From an uncultured Lachnospiraceae bacterium (GTDB lineage: Bacteria; Bacillota; Clostridia; Christensenellales; UBA1242), in assembly GCA_964541815.1 (NCBI GenBank), contig CAZIRI010000001.1, forward strand, positions 26,845-90,844: DNA of 64,000 nucleotides, read 5' to 3'. The notes below the pieces were generated by a model, which was given only the letters and a program-made list of their open reading frames with translations, had not been told where the DNA came from and did no database searches. The translations under genes and the position numbers were made by a program. Positions 54,791 through 62,568 of this stretch are shown here, in pieces. Numbering within the stretch: the stretch's first letter is position 1; every line of letters starts with the position of its first letter.

Positions 54791-55507
54791 TTAATTTTCA
54801 TTTAATTTTTGCAAATCTTTTTTGTTGAAAAAGTTTTTCAAATCGTTTGCTTTTGAAATATTTTGCAGTTGTCTTTTCAAATTTTCGTTTTCCTTTTTCA
54901 ACAATTCAAACTCCGCTTTCAACTCCAAAATCTGCTTATCTTTTTTGTTCAAATCAACAAATGCACGCCTCAACAAAAAAGTTGTCCTGCTTGATTGCTC
55001 ATTTGAAGAATATTCTTCAATCGCATTCTTTTTTATCAATTTGACAAGACCTTGAAGCAAACTGTTTATATCTTCATTCGTCAAAATTTTGGGCTTTTTG
55101 AACACAACAATATTTTGTTTTTTCTTGAGATTTTGATATTTATTTTGAAGACGAGTCATCAAAGTGACATTTCCGCATGAAATTTTTTCACATGCTCCAC
55201 GAACTGAATAACCACTTTCAATCAGCGAATCGATTTGCTCAACCAAGCACCCCTCCGAATTTTTGTCAAACCCCACAAAATGTGATTTTGTAAGTTCTTT
55301 CAAATCAACACCAATTTCTTTGCATTTTCCTTCATTATTTTTCAATTCGTCCAATATTTTGTAATAAAAATTTTTCACACTTCCCGCACTTCGTGAATAT
55401 TTTTTTGCATGCAAATCAAATGCAATTTGCATTGATTTTCCAAGATTTTTGACTTTTTTCACATTTTCAATCAAAAAAGCAATTTCTTCATTTTTCCATT
55501 CAACCAT
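54791..55507 (-). CDS. hypothetical protein with a possible SANT/Myb-like N-terminus and a C-terminal coiled coil
   Basis: WKNEEIAFLIENVKKVKNLGKSMQIAFDLHAKKYSRSAGSVKNFYYKIL resembles RsfA/Myb-type W-x2-EE-x-L...AF...R-S/T...F/Y. The C-terminus is LELKAEFELLKKENENLKRQLQ. The assignment is weak. Confidence 0.35.
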   Translation of the reverse strand: MVEWKNEEIAFLIENVKKVKNLGKSMQIAFDLHAKKYSRSAGSVKNFYYKILDELKNNEGKCKEIGVDLKELTKSHFVGFDKNSEGCLVEQIDSLIESGYSVRGACEKISCGNVTLMTRLQNKYQNLKKKQNIVVFKKPKILTNEDINSLLQGLVKLIKKNAIEEYSSNEQSSRTTFLLRRAFVDLNKKDKQILELKAEFELLKKENENLKRQLQNISKANDLKNFFNKKDLQKLNEN

Positions 55508-55592
55508 ATTTATCTCCTTTCAAAATAATTTCCAATCTGCAAAATAATAATCATTTGTGTATAAAAAATTTTCAATTGTCATATATTTTTAT

Positions 55593-56456
55593 ATGAAATA
55601 TTGTATAAAAACGCCATATCACTGCCTTGTGAAAACACAATCTCAAATGTTTGAACTCGACTCACAAGACAGCCTTGAATGTGAAAATGAAGACAATTTG
55701 ATTGTTTATCCAATAGGGCAAAAAATCCCGTCCTTTTGCATTTCGCTAAATTCAGAAAAATCTCAATTCTACTCATTTTTCTCACACAAAGAGAAAAAAT
55801 ATATAATTTTGGAAAAAATGAATGATTTTTTGATAAAAAATAAAGAAAAATTCAATTTTTCTGGCAAATTTTGTTATTTGACCATTGGGAATAATTTTAT
55901 AAAATTTGAAACCGATTCAAAAGAAATTGAAATTTCTTGCTCGCACTCTTGCAACGAATACAATCTTCACAAGTTGAAAAATTTTGCATGCATTGAATTT
56001 GAAAAAGATTTTTACGCGTTTTCAATTATCGAAAATAAAATATATCATTTCAGCGGAACAAAAATATCTTTCGATGATAACAAACTGACCGTCACGAAAA
56101 AATACAATGACAGCAATTTAAGAGAGAAAGTGTCAACATACAATTTTTCACAAGATATCACTCTTGAAAGTGAAAATTTTGTCAGCAATCAAAATTGTGA
56201 TTTTGATGAAATATTGCCATTCAAATTTCTTGAAGGGGTGAAAGCAAAAGATTATTCTTCAATTTTGCACTTTTTATCGCAAAATTTGCGTGAAAAAATT
56301 GATGAAACAAAATTGCAAAAATTTTTTGGAAATGTGAATGAAATTATGCCACTTTCCATAAACGAATTTATTTTGATAACAAATTCAACAAAAAAATTTG
56401 TCACTTTTTCATTACAAAACAAAAAAATCACCGATATATCAATCGATGATTTATGA
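55593..56456 (+). CDS. hypothetical protein (about 287 aa)
   Basis: Long ORF with no recognisable motif. The start is uncertain: the track start at 55557 is GTG, the ATG at 55593 has no clear SD. Confidence 0.5.
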   Translation: MKYCIKTPYHCLVKTQSQMFELDSQDSLECENEDNLIVYPIGQKIPSFCISLNSEKSQFYSFFSHKEKKYIILEKMNDFLIKNKEKFNFSGKFCYLTIGNNFIKFETDSKEIEISCSHSCNEYNLHKLKNFACIEFEKDFYAFSIIENKIYHFSGTKISFDDNKLTVTKKYNDSNLREKVSTYNFSQDITLESENFVSNQNCDFDEILPFKFLEGVKAKDYSSILHFLSQNLREKIDETKLQKFFGNVNEIMPLSINEFILITNSTKKFVTFSLQNKKITDISIDDL

Positions 56457-57176
56457 CAAAAGTCCAATAAATTTCAAATTTTTGTCAAATCTAAATGAAA
56501 AATTTTTTGTCAAAATTTTTAGCAGTCCAATCTCACTTCCTTCGGCAAATTTCAAAGTTCTCAACTTTTCAAAATCAGTTTGTGACAAAAATTTCATCGC
56601 CAAATATGTTGTTTTTTCAAGTTCTTCACTATTGAAATTTTTGCAACCAGCACAAACAATCTCTCCACTTGAATAATCTATGTAAAATTTTTCAAATGCG
56701 GTCGCACCACAACACGAACATTTGTTTGTAAGAAGTGGAAATCCGCTTATTTTGAAAATTTCAAGCATAAATTTTTCCAAAACATAGCACCCTCTCACCT
56801 TGTCAAAGCAAAGAGTTTTCAAAGCATTTATTGCAAGAACAAAAATTTGTTTTCTGTCCCTTTCCGTTTCAAACTCCATTGCATTCAAGATTTCCAAAAT
56901 AGCAGTTCCCTCAAAATATTTATCAACATCCTCACTTATTTCATGAAATGTTTCAATTGACTCAAATCCTGTGACAATCTGCCCCATTTTTCCATTTTCA
57001 AGAATAAATTCTCCAAAACAAAAGGGATTTTGTGCGATTTTCATTTTTGCAGAAGAATTTTTCACTCCTTTCAATGTTGCCCAAATTTTCCCCTTTTCAA
57101 TCGAAAAAAGGAGAATATTTTTATCCTTCTCCTTTTTGTCACTCGCTCTTACAACAATTGCCCTAACTTTTTCCAT
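56451..57176 (-). CDS. recO: DNA repair protein RecO
   Basis: N-terminal OB region (RAIVVRASDKKEKDKNILLFS) and a Zn finger CSCCG...CAGC. Downstream of a yqzL-like gene, as in Bacilli. Confidence 0.85.
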   Translation of the reverse strand: MEKVRAIVVRASDKKEKDKNILLFSIEKGKIWATLKGVKNSSAKMKIAQNPFCFGEFILENGKMGQIVTGFESIETFHEISEDVDKYFEGTAILEILNAMEFETERDRKQIFVLAINALKTLCFDKVRGCYVLEKFMLEIFKISGFPLLTNKCSCCGATAFEKFYIDYSSGEIVCAGCKNFNSEELEKTTYLAMKFLSQTDFEKLRTLKFAEGSEIGLLKILTKNFSFRFDKNLKFIGLLS

Positions 57177-57178
57177 TT

Positions 57179-57331
57179 TTACGCACGGCCACCATCAGCA
57201 TTGCGCGATTTATCTTGTGAATGTCGTTTTTCTTCTTCTTTCATCAAACTAAATATATATGGATTTCCAGTCATTTTGAAAGCAAGCCAAAGAATTTTTT
57301 CTCGAAGACTTGAAAAGTTGCCTTTTTTCAT
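57179..57331 (-). CDS. YqzL-like small protein
   Basis: 50 aa. LWLAFKMTGNPYIFSLMKEEEK matches the YqzL pattern W-x-x-F-x-x-TG-x-x-x-x-Y-L-L-x-K-E. GGAGGTGG precedes the ATG at 57331. Sits directly upstream of recO. Confidence 0.6.
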   Translation of the reverse strand: MKKGNFSSLREKILWLAFKMTGNPYIFSLMKEEEKRHSQDKSRNADGGRA

Positions 57332-57438
57332 AACCACCTCCATATATATTTTACGCAATGTCACCACTTATATTTCTATATTATCATTTTTTTCGATAAA
57401 AATCAAGAAAATCGCATAGATTGTAAAAATTATGTTTT

Positions 57439-57915
57439 TCACAACTTCACAATCGACAAACTTGACGAAACCGCTTGAACACTTTCACTCGAATAATTGA
57501 CAATTTTGAGATTGCTTGTCTGTTGAATTGTCACAATCAATGTTTGATTTAGATTTGCAATTCCGCCACTTGTCAACAATCCTGTCACTCTCGAACCTGA
57601 AATTTCCAAATCATTCAGCGACAAGGCAACAGCAATTTCTTGCCCCGCCAAAGCCGTTCCGCTCACATTGAATGTGATTTGATAGTCACCCGTAGGCAAA
57701 AGGACTCCACCATTTCCGTCAGACAAAATCAATCCGCTTCCACGGACATAATTTTGTGATATCGCTCCATTTGCGACAATCGTTCCACCTTGCAAATTGT
57801 TGAAATAGGCAAAATTGTTTGTCAAAACTGGATTTACAACTTCATTCCCCGTGCATGAAAAATCTCTTCTACAAAAAATTTGATTTGGTTGGTTCAAAAA
57901 ACAATTATTTGGCAT
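57439..57915 (-). CDS. BclA C-terminal-domain-like (TNF/C1q-type jelly-roll) protein without a collagen region
   Basis: By-eye alignment to the B. anthracis BclA CTD. FAYFNN..GG matches LYAFNSGG, PTGDYQITFNVSGTA matches ETGFYKITVIANTA, and the C-terminal SSSLSIVKL matches TSASIIIEKVA. Start at 57915 after AGGAG. Confidence 0.6.
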   Translation of the reverse strand: MPNNCFLNQPNQIFCRRDFSCTGNEVVNPVLTNNFAYFNNLQGGTIVANGAISQNYVRGSGLILSDGNGGVLLPTGDYQITFNVSGTALAGQEIAVALSLNDLEISGSRVTGLLTSGGIANLNQTLIVTIQQTSNLKIVNYSSESVQAVSSSLSIVKL

Positions 57916-57980
57916 ATATTTCTCCTGTTTAAGCATTTTTTGCTCAAAAACATAATATGCCACTCAAACAGTTTTTGCGA

Positions 57981-59267
57981 CTATGGATTCAATCTATCTG
58001 GGCCACGGAAGATATACATTGCTTCCTTGATGCTTGGCAAATCCAAGAGAAGCATCAGAACTCTGTCAAGCCCCATTCCAAATCCACCATGTGGAGGACA
58101 ACCATTTTTGAAGAAATTGATATAATCTTGCATTGGTGTTGGGTCAATTCCCTTGTCCTTGATTTGTTTGAGTAAAATTTCAGGTCTATGTTCTCTTTGC
58201 GCTCCCGATGTGATTTCAATGTCCTTGAAATACAAATCATAAGATTTTGAATATTGTGGGTCATCTTCATTTGCCATTGTGTAGAATGGACGAATTGATG
58301 ATGGGTATCCCGTCACAAAGAAGAATTGATGTCCGTTTTGCTCTTCCATATATTTGCAAAGTGCGACTTCTTGGTCGGATGTGAAATCGTCTCCGTCATT
58401 GATTTGAATGGAGAGTCTTTCTCTCAAAACTTTGTATGCATCTTTCATGTCAATTCTTGGGAAAGGCAAAGTTGGAACAACAATCTCAACCCCCAACAAT
58501 TCACGAATCTTTTCGCCATGTTTTTTTGCCACTTCACCTATTGCATAAGCAAGCATTTCTTCTTCAAACTTCATCACATCTTCATGCGAATTTATATAAC
58601 TCAATTCAATATCAAATCCGCTAAACTCTGTCGCATGCTTTTTTGTGAAAGATTTCTCCGCACGGAAAACTGGTGTGTTGACAAGCACACGCTCAAAACC
58701 CGCACACATTGCCATTTGCTTGTAGAATTGTGGGCTTTGAATCAAATATGCCTTGCGGTCAAAATATTTGACTTCAAAAACATCCGAACCGCCCTCACTT
58801 GATGCACCAATAAGAGTTGGAGTGTGAATCTCAATGCAACCATTGTCAATCGCAAATTGTCTCATTGCTTGATTGAGTGTTGTTTCAACTTGAAAAATAA
58901 GTGCTTTTGCAGGGGTCCTCAAATCTATCCAACGATAATCCAATCTTTGATCAATTGAACTTTCTTGCCCGATTGGAAGAGGTTCTGCATGAGAAGTGAT
59001 TTCCACTTGTTCTGGAATAATCTCAACTCCACCCATTTTCACAAACTCATTTGCAACCGCTTCCCCAACAATTTTCACAGTTGATTCAAGAGTTGCATGA
59101 GAAAATATTTCAGCAATTTCAGGTTTCTCTTCTTTTATGATAGTCACCTGCACTTTGCCCGTCAAATCACGAACAACAATAAATTGCATATTTTTTTTGT
59201 CTCTCAAATTTTCAATCCAGCCTTGAATTTCGACTTTTCCTGGTTTTATTTCTCCAATTTTTGTCAT
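57981..59267 (-). CDS. aspS: aspartate--tRNA ligase, archaeal/eukaryotic type (class IIb, about 430 aa)
   Basis: LDYRWIDLR, EGGSDVFEVKYFDRKAYLIQSPQFYKQ, FRAEKSFTKKHATEF, GGFGMGLDRV. The SPQFYKQ/EGG context favours AspRS over AsnRS. Confidence 0.8.
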   Translation of the reverse strand: MTKIGEIKPGKVEIQGWIENLRDKKNMQFIVVRDLTGKVQVTIIKEEKPEIAEIFSHATLESTVKIVGEAVANEFVKMGGVEIIPEQVEITSHAEPLPIGQESSIDQRLDYRWIDLRTPAKALIFQVETTLNQAMRQFAIDNGCIEIHTPTLIGASSEGGSDVFEVKYFDRKAYLIQSPQFYKQMAMCAGFERVLVNTPVFRAEKSFTKKHATEFSGFDIELSYINSHEDVMKFEEEMLAYAIGEVAKKHGEKIRELLGVEIVVPTLPFPRIDMKDAYKVLRERLSIQINDGDDFTSDQEVALCKYMEEQNGHQFFFVTGYPSSIRPFYTMANEDDPQYSKSYDLYFKDIEITSGAQREHRPEILLKQIKDKGIDPTPMQDYINFFKNGCPPHGGFGMGLDRVLMLLLDLPSIKEAMYIFRGPDRLNP

Positions 59268-59323
59268 TTTTTCTTCTCCTATAATTGTTTCATGATGATA
59301 TCACTTTTCGCCCCAAAAGTCAA

Positions 59324-60478
59324 CTAACTCACTGCATTTTGCGGAAGCGTTCTGTTTGCCTTAAACCATTCACTATCTTTGAGCCAAATGTTGTTGTTTG
59401 AGCATTTGACATTATAATTGCTCCCTTGCGACATATACACAATATTCCCGTTAAATGAAGTAAATTCGTCATTTTTGTAGTCAACACACATTGTTGTCAC
59501 ATAAATTTCGCTTGTGTATACACTCACTCTGTCAATAAACTCTTGTGTTGGAAATTGATTATTTGCAACAGTCGTATATTCACTGCTTCCAGCACAACAG
59601 CAAACACAAATTGTTTTTGGCTGTATCACTTCAAGAAAATCTTTGTTTGAAGATGTTTTTGAGCCGTGATGTCCCGCCTTATACAAATCAACATGTGACA
59701 AATTGTCATTTTGGGCAAGATATGTTTCTCCTTCCGCTTCCAAATCTCCTGTAAACAAAAAATTCTTCTCTTTTTCGCCAACTTTTTGCGTTATCAATGT
59801 GCAAACTGAATTGTTGTTTTCATTTGTTGTGTCAGGTGTTGAATAATATTGACTGTCAAGAATTTTCATCGTTATTCCCTCTGCAAGGGTAAAAATTTTG
59901 TTTTCATTCACACAATCAAGAGCGGTGTAATGCTCGGCACCCGCTTCTATCTCTGCGGAGAGTTCTCTTTGATAATTTTTATACATTGTTGTGTCTTTTT
60001 TTCCATTTGTCACACCCGCAAAATCAATAATCGTTTTACACTCATACAAATCAAAAATTCCGTCAATCTTTGCAGATGTCGCAAAACCTGCATAATGGTC
60101 TTGGTGAGCATGCGTGACGATCACATATTCCAAAATATTGTCTGTGACATATTGATTTAGATAATTTGACACAGTTTCAACACTGTTTGATTTCGAGCCA
60201 CAATCAATCAAAATATCCGTGTCGCCCGCTTTGATGTATGTGCAGTCGCCCGTATATTTGTTTCCAAGTTCCAAAAAATGAATTGATATATCAGCGCTTT
60301 CAATATCAATAGATTCATTTGTTTGCGTTCCACCTTTTGAGTAGTAAATCTCACCAGCGACAACACTTTCCGTTTCGGGCAAGGTGACATAATTCACAAC
60401 ACCAAAGCATGCCACAAAACCGACAACAAATCCCAAAAATCCCATTAAAATGGCACTCAAACCTTTTTTCTTACTCAT
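59324..60478 (-). CDS. membrane-anchored metallo-beta-lactamase-fold hydrolase of ComEC-C-terminal-domain type
   Basis: N-terminal TM GLSAILMGFLGFVVGFVACFGVV. Then SIHFLELGNKYTGDCTYIKAGDTDILIDCGS, VIVTHAHQDHYAG and LYKAGHHGS. The ATG directly abuts the upstream stop (TAAATG). Confidence 0.75.
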   Translation of the reverse strand: MSKKKGLSAILMGFLGFVVGFVACFGVVNYVTLPETESVVAGEIYYSKGGTQTNESIDIESADISIHFLELGNKYTGDCTYIKAGDTDILIDCGSKSNSVETVSNYLNQYVTDNILEYVIVTHAHQDHYAGFATSAKIDGIFDLYECKTIIDFAGVTNGKKDTTMYKNYQRELSAEIEAGAEHYTALDCVNENKIFTLAEGITMKILDSQYYSTPDTTNENNNSVCTLITQKVGEKEKNFLFTGDLEAEGETYLAQNDNLSHVDLYKAGHHGSKTSSNKDFLEVIQPKTICVCCCAGSSEYTTVANNQFPTQEFIDRVSVYTSEIYVTTMCVDYKNDEFTSFNGNIVYMSQGSNYNVKCSNNNIWLKDSEWFKANRTLPQNAVS

Positions 60479-60979
60479 TTAGACACCACCTTTCAAACTT
60501 TCTGTCAAAACATCTTCACTGTCTTCAACGAAAGTGATAAGTCTCACCTTTTCAACCTTGAAAATTTTCCCATATTTTATATCGTCAGATGAATATTTTA
60601 TGTAATAAGTCCCAACATCTTCCGCATAATAATTCCCATTTTCATCAACTTTCAAATTCGTTTCAATTTTTGCTGTTGTTGACAAGTCCTTTCCAAGTGA
60701 AATAATTTTGACTCCCTCATCTTTGTAATGCTCTGACAATGTGAATGAAAGTTCGTCCTGTCCCACTATTTTGAAGCAATCGTTCTTTCCAACAAAAAAC
60801 CAAACACCCGCTCCAACAAGAACACCAACAAAAAGACACACAAGCCCAACAAGCCACGCTTTCAAACTTGTTTTCTTTAATGCTGACACCGTCTTTTTCT
60901 CTGTTTTTTTATTTCTTGTGACACTCACATTCACTGATGCTTTGCCAGATGTTTTGCTTGCAGTTTTCTTTGCCGCCAT
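60479..60979 (-). CDS. membrane-anchored protein with a bacterial Ig-like (DUF5011-type) domain
   Basis: Lys-rich N-terminus and a TM (AWLVGLVCLFVGVLVGAGVWFFV). Then IVGQDELSFTLSEHYKDEGVKIISLGKDLS...VGTYYIKYSSDD...KVRLITFV. Confidence 0.55.
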   Translation of the reverse strand: MAAKKTASKTSGKASVNVSVTRNKKTEKKTVSALKKTSLKAWLVGLVCLFVGVLVGAGVWFFVGKNDCFKIVGQDELSFTLSEHYKDEGVKIISLGKDLSTTAKIETNLKVDENGNYYAEDVGTYYIKYSSDDIKYGKIFKVEKVRLITFVEDSEDVLTESLKGGV

Positions 60980-61053
60980 ATTTTCTCCTCAATTCAATAA
61001 ATTGCTTTAATAAAAGTATATAAAAAATTTTTCTTTTTTGCAAATAAACACAT

Positions 61054-61079
61054 AAAAAAACTATACAAAATGTATAGCC
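61054..61079 (-). terminator. rho-independent terminator after ndk
   Basis: Minus strand: ggCTATACAtttTGTATAGttttttt. Confidence 0.6.
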
Positions 61080-61088
61080 TTTTTCAAA

Positions 61089-61508
61089 TTACTTGCTTTT
61101 TTCAACTGCTTTTTTGAAAATCGCAATTTCTCTTTCTGCTGATTCAGGGCTATCAGATGAGTGAACAACATTTTTTGTCACATCTCCAATTCCAAAATCT
61201 CCACGAATTGTGCCTTTTGGAGCATTTTTTGTTGGACCTGCAAGCGTTCTGATTGTTGAAATTGCATTTTCTCCAACAATAATCATTCCAAACGCTTTGT
61301 CGCTTGTGATGTAGTTGAGAAGTTCTGGATAAAATCCCTTTCCCTTATGCTCTGCATAATGCTCTGATGCTGTTTCCTCGTCATATCGAACATAACTTGA
61401 AAATTCAATTTTCAGTCCCGCATCTTCAACTCTTTTTTGAACTGCTGACACCAATTCGTCATCATTTGCAAATTCTGGTTTCACCATAAAATAAGTTTTT
61501 TCAATCAT
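61089..61508 (-). CDS. ndk: nucleoside-diphosphate kinase
   Basis: KTYFMVKPE, GTIRGDFG, NVVHSSDS (catalytic His). Start at 61508 after GGAGGG. Confidence 0.9.
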   Translation of the reverse strand: MIEKTYFMVKPEFANDDELVSAVQKRVEDAGLKIEFSSYVRYDEETASEHYAEHKGKGFYPELLNYITSDKAFGMIIVGENAISTIRTLAGPTKNAPKGTIRGDFGIGDVTKNVVHSSDSPESAEREIAIFKKAVEKSK

Positions 61509-61586
61509 TTTTCCCTCCAATTCAAGATTTTTTCTTGAATAGATATATTCTATCAAATCTCAACAAAGTTTGTCAAGAAAACAACT

Positions 61587-62486
61587 TTATTTCACAAAAA
61601 TATCAATATGTCGTGGCAAAACTTCATAATCAAAACTCCCCGAAAAGCCATGTTCCCCGTCAAGATTCACAACTTCATCATTTGGGATTTCAATTGAACA
61701 GCGACTGATTTTTTTGATAAGAAAATCTTTTTTGTTTTTTATTCCACTCGCACCAAACAAAAAAATGCTAAAAATTTTCATAAAGCACGAAAACGGCACT
61801 TTGCCATTTTTCTTTTTCTTGCATTTGACAAAAACAACTTCTGATTTCCCGTCATCAAAAGCGGATTTTGGATTTGTTTTGTATCCTGCGACATATTTGT
61901 CATTTGAAATTATCGCAAGCGCACAATAAAACTGTTCCGTCACCCCATCACACTCAAACTTGACTGGAATTGCCTTTGCTGAAAAAAGTTCTTTTATCCC
62001 ATATTTATAATATGCAAAAGTGCCAAGTTTTTTCTTCTGACTTTGTTCCGTCAAATAAGACGATTTTGTGAACGCTCCAAAACAACAAACATAAATCCCA
62101 TACTTTTCGCCCGCCCTGAAAACATCATGGGAAACAATGTTTCCTTGCAAAATTATATCGACCGCTTTTTTCACATTTTTTGGAATGCGTAAAGTGTGTG
62201 CCAAATCATTTGTCGTTCCCGCTGGAATATAACCAATTTTTGGCTTGTTTTCCTGCGTTGCAAGAGCGTTGACAACTTCATTCATTGTGCCGTCACCACC
62301 AGACACAACAAAAACATCATATTTCCCGCAAGCCTGTTTTGCAAAAACACCCGCATCACCTGCTTTCTGCGTTGCCATGCAATCAACAACATCAAACTTT
62401 GTCTTCAACTTGGACAAAATATAATCTTTCTTTTTTCTGCTATTTTGTTTCCCGCTTGTCGGATTGTATACATAAACACATTTCAT
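61587..62486 (-). CDS. diacylglycerol/lipid kinase family protein (YegS/DagK-like)
   Basis: YVYNPTSGK, VVSGGDGTMNEVVNAL, GTTNDLA. Start at the ATG at 62486; the track start is a TTG. Confidence 0.85.
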   Translation of the reverse strand: MKCVYVYNPTSGKQNSRKKKDYILSKLKTKFDVVDCMATQKAGDAGVFAKQACGKYDVFVVSGGDGTMNEVVNALATQENKPKIGYIPAGTTNDLAHTLRIPKNVKKAVDIILQGNIVSHDVFRAGEKYGIYVCCFGAFTKSSYLTEQSQKKKLGTFAYYKYGIKELFSAKAIPVKFECDGVTEQFYCALAIISNDKYVAGYKTNPKSAFDDGKSEVVFVKCKKKKNGKVPFSCFMKIFSIFLFGASGIKNKKDFLIKKISRCSIEIPNDEVVNLDGEHGFSGSFDYEVLPRHIDIFVK

Positions 62487-62539
62487 ACACAAATTATATC
62501 ATTTTTTTGAAAATATAAAAAGATTTTTGTATAACAAAT

Positions 62540-62563
62540 AAAAAAAAGTGCAATTTCTGCACT
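62540..62563 (-). terminator. rho-independent terminator after the protease gene
   Basis: Minus strand: AGTGCAgaaatTGCACTttttttt. Confidence 0.6.
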
Positions 62564-62568
62564 TTTTC

